Origin: an uncultured Candidatus Saccharibacteria bacterium
GTDB lineage: Bacteria; Patescibacteriota; Saccharimonadia; Saccharimonadales; CAZARM01
Assembly: GCA_964487615.1 (NCBI GenBank)
Contig: CAZARM010000005.1
Span: 182 to 64,181 of the forward strand
Length of the DNA stretch: 64,000 nucleotides
Direction: 5' to 3'
Shown here: piece by piece, positions 27,116 to 34,974 of the stretch
How positions within the stretch are numbered: position 1 is the stretch's first letter
Layout: every line of letters starts with the position of its first letter
Notes under the pieces: model-generated
Told to the model about the DNA's origin: nothing
Seen by the model: the letters and a program-made list of their open reading frames with translations, nothing else
Databases searched by the model: none
Made by a program: the position numbers and the translations under genes

Positions 27116-28150
27116 TTATTCAGCTAAGGCGTATGTAGCTTTGGCGACGCGCTTGAACTGGGGTTTGCCTTGAAGGTTCAATAGAATTGTGGTTTCTTTG
27201 ACGTGGCGGCTCTTTAGAACCTGCTTTACAATTTCATCACGGTGCAGTGGCTCACCGGATTTCTTGAGTACTTCTACTATAATGTCGGCCACAGTTCCCT
27301 TTTCATAACCCCACTCTTTGAGGGCGTAAATCCCCCGCCCGATCAGCACAAAGCGCTTGTCTTTAATCAGTTCGTTGTGGATAGCTTGGGTAGTAACATC
27401 CTTGCGCTTGAAATCAGAATCTTTGATGGCTTTGGCAATTTCGTTAAAGTGCATGTGCTTCCCTGATTCATGCAGAATGACATAGATTTTGTCCCGGATG
27501 TTCTTGGGGTTGACCATTGGCCATTTTATAAGCCCCCAGCGTCCATTTAGAGTAGCTAGATGCTTAGAAGTGCTGGCTAGGGCCTCAACATGCTTAGGAT
27601 CGTTGTTGTTGACCTTTTCAGCGACTTTTTCAACTGTAGTCGGGGCAGCGATATCTTTGATGGCTTCTATAATCTTGCCGACCTGGTCTTTTATCTTCTT
27701 TTCGTCGTGAATGGATTTTAGGCCAACGGCGTGGTGGAAGTGGTCGTTGTCATCGACTACAGCCAGTTTGGGGCACAGTTGGGCTAGGAACGCTATCCTT
27801 GCCTGATCGATCCGGCTGTTGTCTTTAGTCAGCTTGGCGCTAAGGTCAGTAATACGAGTAACGCCACCTAGGTCTTTGATGGCGTCTACAAATGTCTCTT
27901 CTACCTCTGATAAGTGGGGCAATTGCCCCTGCTCTGCTGCAGCCTTAAGCCGGGCTACAACGGCTTTTTCTAGCTGACGGACGCGTTCCCTGGTAATACC
28001 CAGCAATTCACCGATTTGTTCCAGTGTTTCCTTGCGGTCAAACAAACCAAAACGACGGGCTACAATCTCACGCTCACGTTCGCGCTCAATAGTGCCCAGG
28101 ATGTCATTAATGACCTTTTCTACGTCTAGTGTGCTTGGGTTATCTGCCAT
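27116..28150 (-). CDS. Sigma-70 region-4-like HTH fused to repeated HARE-HTH-like domains
   Basis: The N-terminus REIVARRFGL...TLEQIGELLGITRERVRQLEKAVVARLK is sigma region 4. Up to three HARE-HTH-like (RNAP delta-like) segments follow, e.g. MHFNEIAKAIKD...GRGIYALKEWG. Confidence 0.65.
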   Translation of the reverse strand: MADNPSTLDVEKVINDILGTIEREREREIVARRFGLFDRKETLEQIGELLGITRERVRQLEKAVVARLKAAAEQGQLPHLSEVEETFVDAIKDLGGVTRITDLSAKLTKDNSRIDQARIAFLAQLCPKLAVVDDNDHFHHAVGLKSIHDEKKIKDQVGKIIEAIKDIAAPTTVEKVAEKVNNNDPKHVEALASTSKHLATLNGRWGLIKWPMVNPKNIRDKIYVILHESGKHMHFNEIAKAIKDSDFKRKDVTTQAIHNELIKDKRFVLIGRGIYALKEWGYEKGTVADIIVEVLKKSGEPLHRDEIVKQVLKSRHVKETTILLNLQGKPQFKRVAKATYALAE

Positions 28151-28196
28151 AACAGGACACTTCCTTTAATTACAGTAATAAGAAGTTATAAGCATA

Positions 28197-28225
28197 ATTG
28201 TAAAACATAAAGTTTTAAAAGTCAA
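28197..28225 (-). promoter_or_regulatory. Sigma-70-type promoter (TTGACT-N17-TACAAT) for 28150-27116
   Basis: On the minus strand, TTGACT is 28225-28220 and TACAAT is 28202-28197. AGGAAG SD before the ATG at 28150. Confidence 0.55.
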
Positions 28226-28310
28226 GCTATTTTACGCTTCAGATAAAGTATAGCACTAAATTGGACACGACTGCTTAGAATATGGTGTAGAAATATCACC
28301 AGAAAACAAC

Positions 28311-28337
28311 TTGCACACTGTGCAAATTGTGGATAAC
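28311..28337 (+). promoter_or_regulatory. Perfect 7-1-7 palindrome TTGCACAcTGTGCAA abutting TGTGGATAAC (DnaA box site 3 of 3)
   Basis: Palindrome 28311-28325. DnaA-box 10-mer 28328-28337. Located about 100 bp upstream of the promoter at 28197-28225. Confidence 0.45.
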
Positions 28338-28351
28338 ACTGCTTCTTATAA

Positions 28352-28376
28352 TACAAAAAGCCCTTCCAAGGGCTTC
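28352..28376 (-). terminator. Intrinsic terminator (minus strand) at the left edge of the GC-rich island
   Basis: On the minus strand, GAAGCCC-uuggaa-GGGCUU is followed by UUUUGUAUUAU. Confidence 0.65.
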
Positions 28377-28593
28377 TAGAGTCGAGGGTGAAATATGACA
28401 GGCAGGAGGGGTGGGAAAGGCGGGTGGGCGCTCGTGGGAGGCGCGGGTGTGCATTTTCATGCGATTAAAGCCCCTGGCCTCTTCATCTGGAACCTACCGA
28501 TCACCATGTCGCTCTCCACCTCGGAGCTTGTGGTGACCGGTAGGTCCAGGTCCCGTCGGTCACGGAACGCGCGGTTGTGACCCGGCGTTCTGC

Positions 28594-28773
28594 CTAGAGG
28601 GAGGTGACGAGCTCGTCGTCAGGTACCGCTGGGGCCTCGCCGTCGTGGAGGATCAGCTGGTGGTGCCGGTCGGGCGGGTCGCTCGAGCGGTCTTCGTCGT
28701 TGTCACAGTCGCCTTGGTGGCCGTCTGGGCCTGGGGGCGACCGCGAGTGAGCGGTCCGGAGGTGTGCATCAAT
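28594..28773 (-). pseudogene. Start-less 59-codon frame with high-GC codon signature (putative remnant of a foreign gene 3' end)
   Basis: Open between TGA and TAG with no ATG/GTG/TTG start. By manual count about 85% of third positions are G/C. It ends ...HQLILHDGEAPAVPDDELVTSL*. It lies in a roughly 65% GC block. Confidence 0.35.
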
Positions 28774-29030
28774 TCAGCTCGTTTCGTCGAGATGCCGTCG
28801 TGGATAGCGACGGGTACTGCCTTGCTTCCTCAAACATCGATATTGCTGATGTTTCACCGCTGCCCGGTGGTCTGTTGCCTTTCGCATCAGATGAGATGGC
28901 GACTCTTGGAACACCCAAGGATCAGCAGCTCATCTGATGGCTCCCTGCCTGTCAAGGTGCCATCGTGAATGAATTCACTCTAACGATGTTAAATATCGTT
29001 ATACTCTGGTGTCATCTAGCTGTCAAATTG

Positions 29031-31319
29031 TTATTTCTTGCGTTTAGGGAAACGTCTGCCCTTGCCTTTGGCGGGAGCGTCATCTAATAACTTCTTGGCT
29101 TCAGCCTCGGTCAGCTTCTTGGCATCGGTGGTCTTGGGGATCCGGGCATTCTTCTTGCCATCAGTGACGTATGGACCGTATGGACCATTTAGGATCTTAA
29201 CGCCACTTGGGAACTCAGCAATGTGCTTCTCGGCCTCTTTCTTGAGTTTGGCTACGTAGAGCTCTCTAGCCTCATCCTCGGTAATCTTGAGCGGATCGAG
29301 CGGTTTAATAGACACAAACACTTTGCCTACCTGTACATAGGGTCCAAAGCGGCCAATGTTGGCTTTCATGTCTTCGCCGTCGGCGGTTTTACCTACCGTG
29401 CGGGGTAGCTTGAACATTTCTAGAGCTTGTTCTAGGGTAACGGCTTCTAGTTTGACCCCCTCTGGCAACGGGGCAAAGTCAGGCTTGTCCTCTGATTCAG
29501 TCTCGCCGCGCTGTAGCATCGGACCATAGCGGCCGTAACGGGCGATGATTGGCTGTTTGGTCTTGGGGTCCGTGCCAAGACTGCGGGCTTGGCTGGTTTC
29601 TTCGCGGCTGACGTTCTCGGCGTTGCCGATCAGCGGGTGGAAATCTTTATAAAAGCCCTTCAGCATACTCACCCAATCCTCTTTGCCGTCAGCGATATCG
29701 TCAAACTCCTTCTCCACCGTAGCTGTAAAGTCGTAATCGACAATCGCACCAAAGTGTTTAACCAGAAAATCGGTGGTCACATCAGCGGTATAGGTAGGCA
29801 GTAGTTTGCTGCGATCAGCACCGAATCGCTCTAGCTCCTCGCTGGTGGTGATTTGTTGTTTCTCTAATTTCAACACCTTTATCGCCCGCTCTTCGCCCTC
29901 CAGGTCGCCCTTCTCCACGTAGCCTCGGCTTTGGATAGTCGAAATTGTGGGGGCGTAGGTACTGGGGCGGCCAATGCCCAAGTCCTCTAGCTGCTTCACA
30001 AGTGAGGCTTCAGAGTAACGAGCTGGCGGCTTGGAATAGGTTTCTACGGCGTTAATCTGCTGCATAGTCAGAATTTCTCCCTGCTTAACATCAGGCAGTA
30101 TGACGTCGTCCTTGCCGCCACCGTAGACTTTCAAGAAGCCGTCAAATTTTAATACTTCCCCTTTAGCTACGAAGGTTTCGTCACGATTGCTGATATCGAT
30201 AACTATCTCTGTCTTGTCAACAACTGCGGCAGCCATCTGGCTGGCCAGGGCGCGTCGCCAGATCAGCTCATACAACTTCTTCGCACCCGCATCAGCGCCT
30301 GCGCTAGTTTTGCGGAAGTCTGTTGGCCGGATGGCTTCGTGAGCTTCCTGGGCAGAAGCGTTCTTGGTCTTGAACTGCCGGACCTGGTGATAATTGGCTC
30401 CAAATTCCTTTTTGATGTAATCCTCGGCAGCTTTAATCGCTAAACCAGACAGTGTCGTGCTGTCGGTACGCATATAGGTAATCAGGCCAGCCTCGTAAAG
30501 CTTCTGAGCTACCACCATTGTCTGTTTGACGCTGTAACCCAGACGACGAGCAGCTTCCTGCTGCAGGCTGCTGGTCGTAAACGGCACACTGGGGTTACGA
30601 GTACCGGGCTTCTTGTCGATGGCTTTGACTGTAAAGGCGGCTGACTTGGCGGCCTCTAGGAACGCATTGGCGGTTTTATCAGATTCTAATCGAGTATTTA
30701 GTTCAGCGGGCAGCTCGCTCTTGCCAGTTATGAAGATAGCCGTGACTTTGTAGTTACTGGCGGCCTCAAACGCTTTGATCTCCCGTTCCCTATCCACAAT
30801 CAGTCGCACGGCTACGGATTGGACACGGCCGGCGGACAATCCAGGCCGGACTTTCTTCCAGAGCACCGGACTTAGCTCATAGCCGACTAAGCGGTCTAGG
30901 ATACGCCGGGCTTGCTGGGCATTAACTAGGTTAATATCCACCGTTCGCGGGTTTTTAACAGCGTGTTCGATAGCCGACTTGGTAATCTCATGGAAGACAA
31001 TGCGTTTGGTGTTTTCTGGCTTGAGTCCTAGTGCGGCACAGAGGTGCCAAGCTATGGCCTCGCCTTCGCGGTCTTCATCACTGGCTAGCCAAACTTCAGC
31101 CGCTTTGGCCGCAGATTTGAGCTCAGCTACGACCTTCTTCTTATCAGGGCTGATGGCATATGTTGGCTGGAAGTCCTTAGCAATATCAATATTTAAGCCC
31201 TTGCTAGGCAGGTCACGAATATGGCCAAAACTACTCTTAACCGAGTAATCTTTGCCTAGGAACTTCTCTATCGTCTTAGCTTTGGCAGGGCTTTCGACGA
31301 TCACTAAATTTTTCGCCAT
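29031..31319 (-). CDS. topA: DNA topoisomerase I
   Basis: 762 aa. Toprim start LVIVESPAKAKTIEKFLG, active-site region ITYMRTDS, Lys-rich C-terminal repeats. Confidence 0.97.
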   Translation of the reverse strand: MAKNLVIVESPAKAKTIEKFLGKDYSVKSSFGHIRDLPSKGLNIDIAKDFQPTYAISPDKKKVVAELKSAAKAAEVWLASDEDREGEAIAWHLCAALGLKPENTKRIVFHEITKSAIEHAVKNPRTVDINLVNAQQARRILDRLVGYELSPVLWKKVRPGLSAGRVQSVAVRLIVDREREIKAFEAASNYKVTAIFITGKSELPAELNTRLESDKTANAFLEAAKSAAFTVKAIDKKPGTRNPSVPFTTSSLQQEAARRLGYSVKQTMVVAQKLYEAGLITYMRTDSTTLSGLAIKAAEDYIKKEFGANYHQVRQFKTKNASAQEAHEAIRPTDFRKTSAGADAGAKKLYELIWRRALASQMAAAVVDKTEIVIDISNRDETFVAKGEVLKFDGFLKVYGGGKDDVILPDVKQGEILTMQQINAVETYSKPPARYSEASLVKQLEDLGIGRPSTYAPTISTIQSRGYVEKGDLEGEERAIKVLKLEKQQITTSEELERFGADRSKLLPTYTADVTTDFLVKHFGAIVDYDFTATVEKEFDDIADGKEDWVSMLKGFYKDFHPLIGNAENVSREETSQARSLGTDPKTKQPIIARYGRYGPMLQRGETESEDKPDFAPLPEGVKLEAVTLEQALEMFKLPRTVGKTADGEDMKANIGRFGPYVQVGKVFVSIKPLDPLKITEDEARELYVAKLKKEAEKHIAEFPSGVKILNGPYGPYVTDGKKNARIPKTTDAKKLTEAEAKKLLDDAPAKGKGRRFPKRKK

Positions 31320-31414
31320 GTAGCTTAAGTTTACCTATTTAATGAGCAACAGCAAGTAACACTAACTTCATTTTCGCGAAAATGCAAATAATTACTTATC
31401 AGGGGGTACTGTTA

Positions 31415-31585
31415 CTACTGATTAGCCAATTTATATCCGGCCCAGATGCCAATCACCCCGCCCACTGTTCCTAAAACAATGCTCCAAAAGCCAAAGAAGT
31501 TGCCTTTGTCTAGCAGACCGCCAAGGACGCTGCCGACGGTTGAGCCGATAAAGATGCCAATATAAATATATGTTTTAGTTTCCAT
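31415..31585 (-). CDS. Small glycine-zipper membrane protein (56 aa, below the ORF-track cutoff)
   Basis: My own translation is METKTYIYIGIFIGSTVGSVLGGLLDKGNFFGFWSIVLGTVGGVIGIWAGYKLANQ*, with two hydrophobic Gly-rich helices. No clear SD. Confidence 0.4.
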   Translation of the reverse strand: METKTYIYIGIFIGSTVGSVLGGLLDKGNFFGFWSIVLGTVGGVIGIWAGYKLANQ

Positions 31586-31673
31586 ACCAAGTAGTTTACA
31601 GCTAACCGCTAACAGTAAACAGTCATAGCCAAAAACCTTCAGCTGTCAGCTGTATACTGTTAGCCTTCCAGGG

Positions 31674-31856
31674 TTACCTGGCAGGCTTGGAGGACAGGTG
31701 CCAGCCGCCGCAATCTGGGCACTTGTATACTCGTCTGGGTTTGTTTAGCGATTTAGAGGGATTGATACGTTTGATAGCCGCTTGTGCGGCCGCATCGCTA
31801 GAATAGCGGACTTTATTGTTGCAGGTTTTCTTTTTGGGCGTTCCAAATAGAGGCAT
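31674..31856 (-). CDS. Small zinc-ribbon-like protein
   Basis: 60 aa. Only one CxxC is visible (KCPDCGGWHLSS, C-terminal); a single Cys lies near the N-terminus. The arrangement resembles small phage/actinobacterial zinc-ribbon proteins. Confidence 0.45.
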   Translation of the reverse strand: MPLFGTPKKKTCNNKVRYSSDAAAQAAIKRINPSKSLNKPRRVYKCPDCGGWHLSSKPAR

Positions 31857-31865
31857 AGCTCTATT

Positions 31866-32729
31866 TTAACGTATGCCCCAGTGGCCTGCGCCTAAACTGT
31901 ATATTTTGCCGGTGATTTCCAGCATGGTCAGAGTTTGGTTAAAACTGGCGGTCTCTAGTTTGCTTCTGCTAAGTAACTGGGTGGAATCCGTAATGCCGGA
32001 CTGCAGGAGCTTTAAAATAAGGGTTTCTTCCTCGGTGCTGCCGAATAGATCAGTTTGTTGCTGTTTGCTCTCTCTTAACCCCAAGGCTAGCAGAATATCC
32101 GCCGAAGTCGTGACAGCTATGGCACCGGATTTAATAAGGTTATTGGTGCCTTGAGACAAGGGTGAATTAATGTTGCCGGGTACGGCCATGACGGTTCTGC
32201 CCTGATCTAAGGCAAAGTTGGCGGTGTGGATGGTGCCGCTCTTGGCAGCAGCCTCAGTTATAAGTATGCCGTCACTCAATCCCGAAACAATTCGGTTGCG
32301 AGCAATAAAGTTGAGGGGTTGGGTGGTAGATCCTGACGGATACTCGCTGACAATGGCTCCGCCCTGCTCTAGAATCCGCCGGGCCACGTGATAATTTGTG
32401 GCCGGCCCTAGTTGCTCTAAGCTAGTGCCCAACACCGCAATGGTGGAACCATGCATGTCCAGTGCGGCTTGGTGGGCGATGGCGTCCACACCGAGGGCTA
32501 AGCCACTGATAATCACCACGCCTTTATTGGCTACATCTTGGGTTAGCTGCTGGGTGACCAATTTGCCATAAGGAGTGACTTTGCGGCTGCCGACCACTGC
32601 CAAACGTGGCTTCTGAAGTAATGTCTTGAGGTCACCCAGGACATATAGCTCCTTCGGCGGATCAGGGATCATCCGAAGTATCTCGGGATAGTCGGGCGAA
32701 TCAAGCGTAAGCTTCTTGACATTGTTCAT
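31866..32729 (-). CDS. dprA: DNA-processing protein DprA (Smf)
   Basis: LAVVGSRKVTPYG ... ISGLALGVDAIAHQAAL ... TIAVLG ... SEYP is the Rossmann-like DprA core. Confidence 0.92.
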   Translation of the reverse strand: MNNVKKLTLDSPDYPEILRMIPDPPKELYVLGDLKTLLQKPRLAVVGSRKVTPYGKLVTQQLTQDVANKGVVIISGLALGVDAIAHQAALDMHGSTIAVLGTSLEQLGPATNYHVARRILEQGGAIVSEYPSGSTTQPLNFIARNRIVSGLSDGILITEAAAKSGTIHTANFALDQGRTVMAVPGNINSPLSQGTNNLIKSGAIAVTTSADILLALGLRESKQQQTDLFGSTEEETLILKLLQSGITDSTQLLSRSKLETASFNQTLTMLEITGKIYSLGAGHWGIR

Positions 32730-32745
32730 TAGATATATCTTAGTA

Positions 32746-32774
32746 TTGACACAACGACATTAATTTGCTAAAAT
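32746..32774 (+). promoter_or_regulatory. Consensus sigma-70-type promoter (TTGACA-N17-TAAAAT) firing into a non-coding region
   Basis: TTGACA 32746-32751 and TAAAAT 32769-32774. The nearest + strand CDS start is about 600 nt downstream. Confidence 0.55.
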
Positions 32775-32781
32775 TGCAATC

Positions 32782-33217
32782 CGAAGTCAGCTATATGCTG
32801 ATTTTCGTACCTTATATTGTCGTATTCTGAAACTTTATGTTTTAGGATACTCCAAAATCTAACAAATTGTTAGAGTGTTTTAGAGCGTGCTGGCCAAGTT
32901 GTTACCCTCCACTTGCTCCGGCTACCGTCCCCGAGGCGGAAGCGTTCTAAAGCATACTAACCCCTTTAAGTTAGCTCACGTAGCGGTTTGCCAAAGCGTG
33001 ACTACCCCAAAGTTTTTTGGTGGGTCCATTCACTTATGTAGCGAATCCCCAAGATTTTATCCGCTCTAGCGGATAGAGACACGGCACCGTATGGATCAAT
33101 AGTGCACGATGTTTCGCTCGGGTGGGCTTAAAGGGTGTTTTTGGGGCTTGAGCTTGTCTCGAGTCCAAAAAGGACTTCCAGCGGTGCCCACCCCCTCTGG
33201 AAGTCCTTTTTGGTAGT
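32782..33217 (+). ncRNA. Candidate unclassified structured RNA (or long cis-regulatory leader), about 430 nt
   Basis: Bounded by the promoter above and a perfect 17-bp hairpin (33165-33181 with 33197-33213, 15-nt loop) ending in TTTTT. The GC-enriched core 32880-33160 holds many local hairpins. No ORF. The strand is inferred from the promoter and terminator only. Confidence 0.4.
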
Positions 33218-33290
33218 TCAGTGTTATTGGTGCCCAGTCTGTTGTTGGTTTAAATTTTTAAATAGCTGCACTAACGACGGCACCTCATGC

Positions 33291-33338
33291 CTACAGAAAA
33301 TGTCCACTGGACATTTCTGCCCTCTGTAGACTCTTTTT
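33291..33338 (+). terminator. Second terminator/attenuator-like hairpin upstream of the 33388 ORF
   Basis: CTACAG-AAAATGTCCA-c-TGGACATTTC-tgccct-CTGTAG followed by ACTCTTTTT. Confidence 0.45.
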
Positions 33339-33387
33339 GGTTATAGGAACGATGCTATATCATGTAATAGATAAGGGTAATGATTTT

Positions 33388-33678
33388 ATGGAAAAACGTG
33401 GCAAAAAAGTCTATTTGACGATTCAAGAGCAGATACTATCAGGCTACCCTAGCCCCATTGATGTTGATGAATTTGATAAACACAAAGAGAGAGTTGCGGC
33501 GGAAACAGAGATTGACCGACTAGAGGCTATGCAAGCAGCTGATGACGATGAACTAACTCACGAGGAACGCGCGAGCCTGCCTGCCAATTTAGAACGTGCG
33601 CGTATGAAATCTAAAATAACTCGAGGCATTGGCGCGACCATGGCAACAGAAACTATAGTTGTTGGCGGCGATAGCTAA
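33388..33678 (+). CDS. Hypothetical small acidic protein
   Basis: ATG 33388 with an AAGGG SD (the track start 33337 is a TTG inside the hairpin tail). 96 aa. No known domain. Confidence 0.5.
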   Translation: MEKRGKKVYLTIQEQILSGYPSPIDVDEFDKHKERVAAETEIDRLEAMQAADDDELTHEERASLPANLERARMKSKITRGIGATMATETIVVGGDS

Positions 33679-33730
33679 TAGGAGGCATTATTGTAATCAG
33701 GTATAGGAGTATGTTAAACATACTTTGCTT

Positions 33731-34249
33731 ATGAGTGAATTTGTAAGAGGCCGCGTGGTAGAAATTCCTGGTTCGAACGCTGCTGTAATCGACGGCCTAG
33801 CCGAACACGCTGGGCTGACGCCTGAGGAATACTTAGAGCAAGGAATCGTCATAGTGCTATTCTGCGCTGAACAAGCAGTGCTGAATCAGCAAGTCGACAG
33901 GACGACGGCCATATATTTTGAGATGGAACCCGATGTTTATGAAGGCTGGTTGTTCCCGTTAGTTCTTGAAGAAGCAGTCCGTGTGGAGTCGGGCCAAACC
34001 TCACTTGATGATCTTGAAGTCGTGGATCCTTTTTTAGTAGACCAGCCAGAGGCTGTTGAAATAGGGCTGAATGAAGCACAGGAAGAAAAAATGCGACATT
34101 GGGCGCCATTATTAGGTATAACGCTAGATGATTTCATCGAGAATGCGTTATATCTGCGTTGGCAATGGGCACTTGCTCGCCAAAAATATGGTCGTGTTCT
34201 AATAGAAGAAGTCGACGGTACTTTCGTTGAGGTAAATGCTAATTTCTAG
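33731..34249 (+). CDS. Hypothetical acidic protein
   Basis: 172 aa from ATG 33731. No known domain. The stop shares a CTAG with the convergent pth stop. Confidence 0.5.
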   Translation: MSEFVRGRVVEIPGSNAAVIDGLAEHAGLTPEEYLEQGIVIVLFCAEQAVLNQQVDRTTAIYFEMEPDVYEGWLFPLVLEEAVRVESGQTSLDDLEVVDPFLVDQPEAVEIGLNEAQEEKMRHWAPLLGITLDDFIENALYLRWQWALARQKYGRVLIEEVDGTFVEVNANF

Positions 34250-34881
34250 ACTAGAAAGCTGCGGGTTTCGGGGGTTAAGGTGCCTTGGTAGAGAGATTCG
34301 GTTAGGATGCTGACTACTTCAGCCCTTAGCGCCTTGAGATGAGCCTGCTCTTCCTTATTAAACTTGGCTAGCACAAAATCTGCTCCTTCCATTTTGGTTG
34401 GCGCTTGGATGCCGATGCGTACTCTACCGAAGTCTTCGCCGAGATGTTGGATTAACGACTTTAAGCCATTGTTGCCGGCAGCTGATCCGCCCAGACGCAT
34501 ACGGATTTGGCCAAATGGTATATCCAGTTCATCATGGACGACAACTATGTCACTTTGAGCGATTTTGTAGAAGTTACTCATCGCTTGGATGGCTTCACCG
34601 CTCAGATTCATCATGGTGGTTGGTTTGCACAAAATAACACGAGCGCCGCCCAAAGTTTTGGATACCAACAGGCATTTCAAATCTTTCTTCTCTGACCACT
34701 TGCCAAACTCGTGGGCCTCGGCGAATGCGTCAATACAAGCAAAGCCAATGTTGTGGCGGGTCCCATCAAATTTCTTGCCCTTGTTGCCCAAGCCAACAAC
34801 TAGAACCGTCCTTTCCTGCCCTAAAGAATATAACGCCCGCTTCTCGCTGCTCAAAAATGGATTCTTCTGGAATAGTCCCAT
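34246..34881 (-). CDS. pth: Peptidyl-tRNA hydrolase
   Basis: VVGLGNKGKKFDGTRHNIGF ... HDELD ... GGSAAGNNGLKS are canonical Pth motifs. About 25 aa of N-terminal extension. Confidence 0.93.
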   Translation of the reverse strand: MGLFQKNPFLSSEKRALYSLGQERTVLVVGLGNKGKKFDGTRHNIGFACIDAFAEAHEFGKWSEKKDLKCLLVSKTLGGARVILCKPTTMMNLSGEAIQAMSNFYKIAQSDIVVVHDELDIPFGQIRMRLGGSAAGNNGLKSLIQHLGEDFGRVRIGIQAPTKMEGADFVLAKFNKEEQAHLKALRAEVVSILTESLYQGTLTPETRSFLV

Positions 34882-34974
34882 ACGATGCTTAGTCTAACAG
34901 TCCGGCAGTCCCCTAGTCCACCAGTCTTCACTTCATGACAAGCAGAAGGTATACTGAAAAATAGGGAGAAGAAT

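Noticed and set aside
17072-28337. Replication origin (oriC) inferred from perfect DnaA boxes.
   Set aside because: The boxes are single and several kb apart. There is no cluster of boxes, no dnaA/dnaN and no adjacent AT-rich 13-mer-type unwinding element. They were reported as regulatory or titration candidates instead.
28395-28968. Track ORFs 28395-28580 (61 aa) and 28645-28968 (107 aa) as real genes.
   Set aside because: They have no SD, Gly/Arg-rich nonsense-like sequences and composition foreign to the genome. The better codon-bias signal is on the other strand, in a frame lacking a start. I treat them as by-products of the GC-rich island.
32860-33217. tmRNA (ssrA) in either orientation.
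   Set aside because: There is no tRNA-like T arm (GGUUCGAnUCC), no 3' CCA-adjacent acceptor pairing to a 5' GGGG, no UUCGAC motif and no plausible tag ORF ending in hydrophobic-Ala-Ala.
32740-33240. RNase P RNA (rnpB) on the minus strand. I noticed GCAAACCGC, CCGGAGCAAG and AUAAGGUACG, which match stretches of E. coli M1 RNA in the correct order.
   Set aside because: The universally conserved P4 strands are absent. Only GGAAGUCC is present, not GAGGAAAGUCC, and it sits inside the 17-bp terminator hairpin. There is no ACAGAAnnnGGCUUA. Spacing between the matches is far from M1. The strong promoter and terminator signals are on the opposite strand. cmscan with RF00010/RF00011 would settle this.
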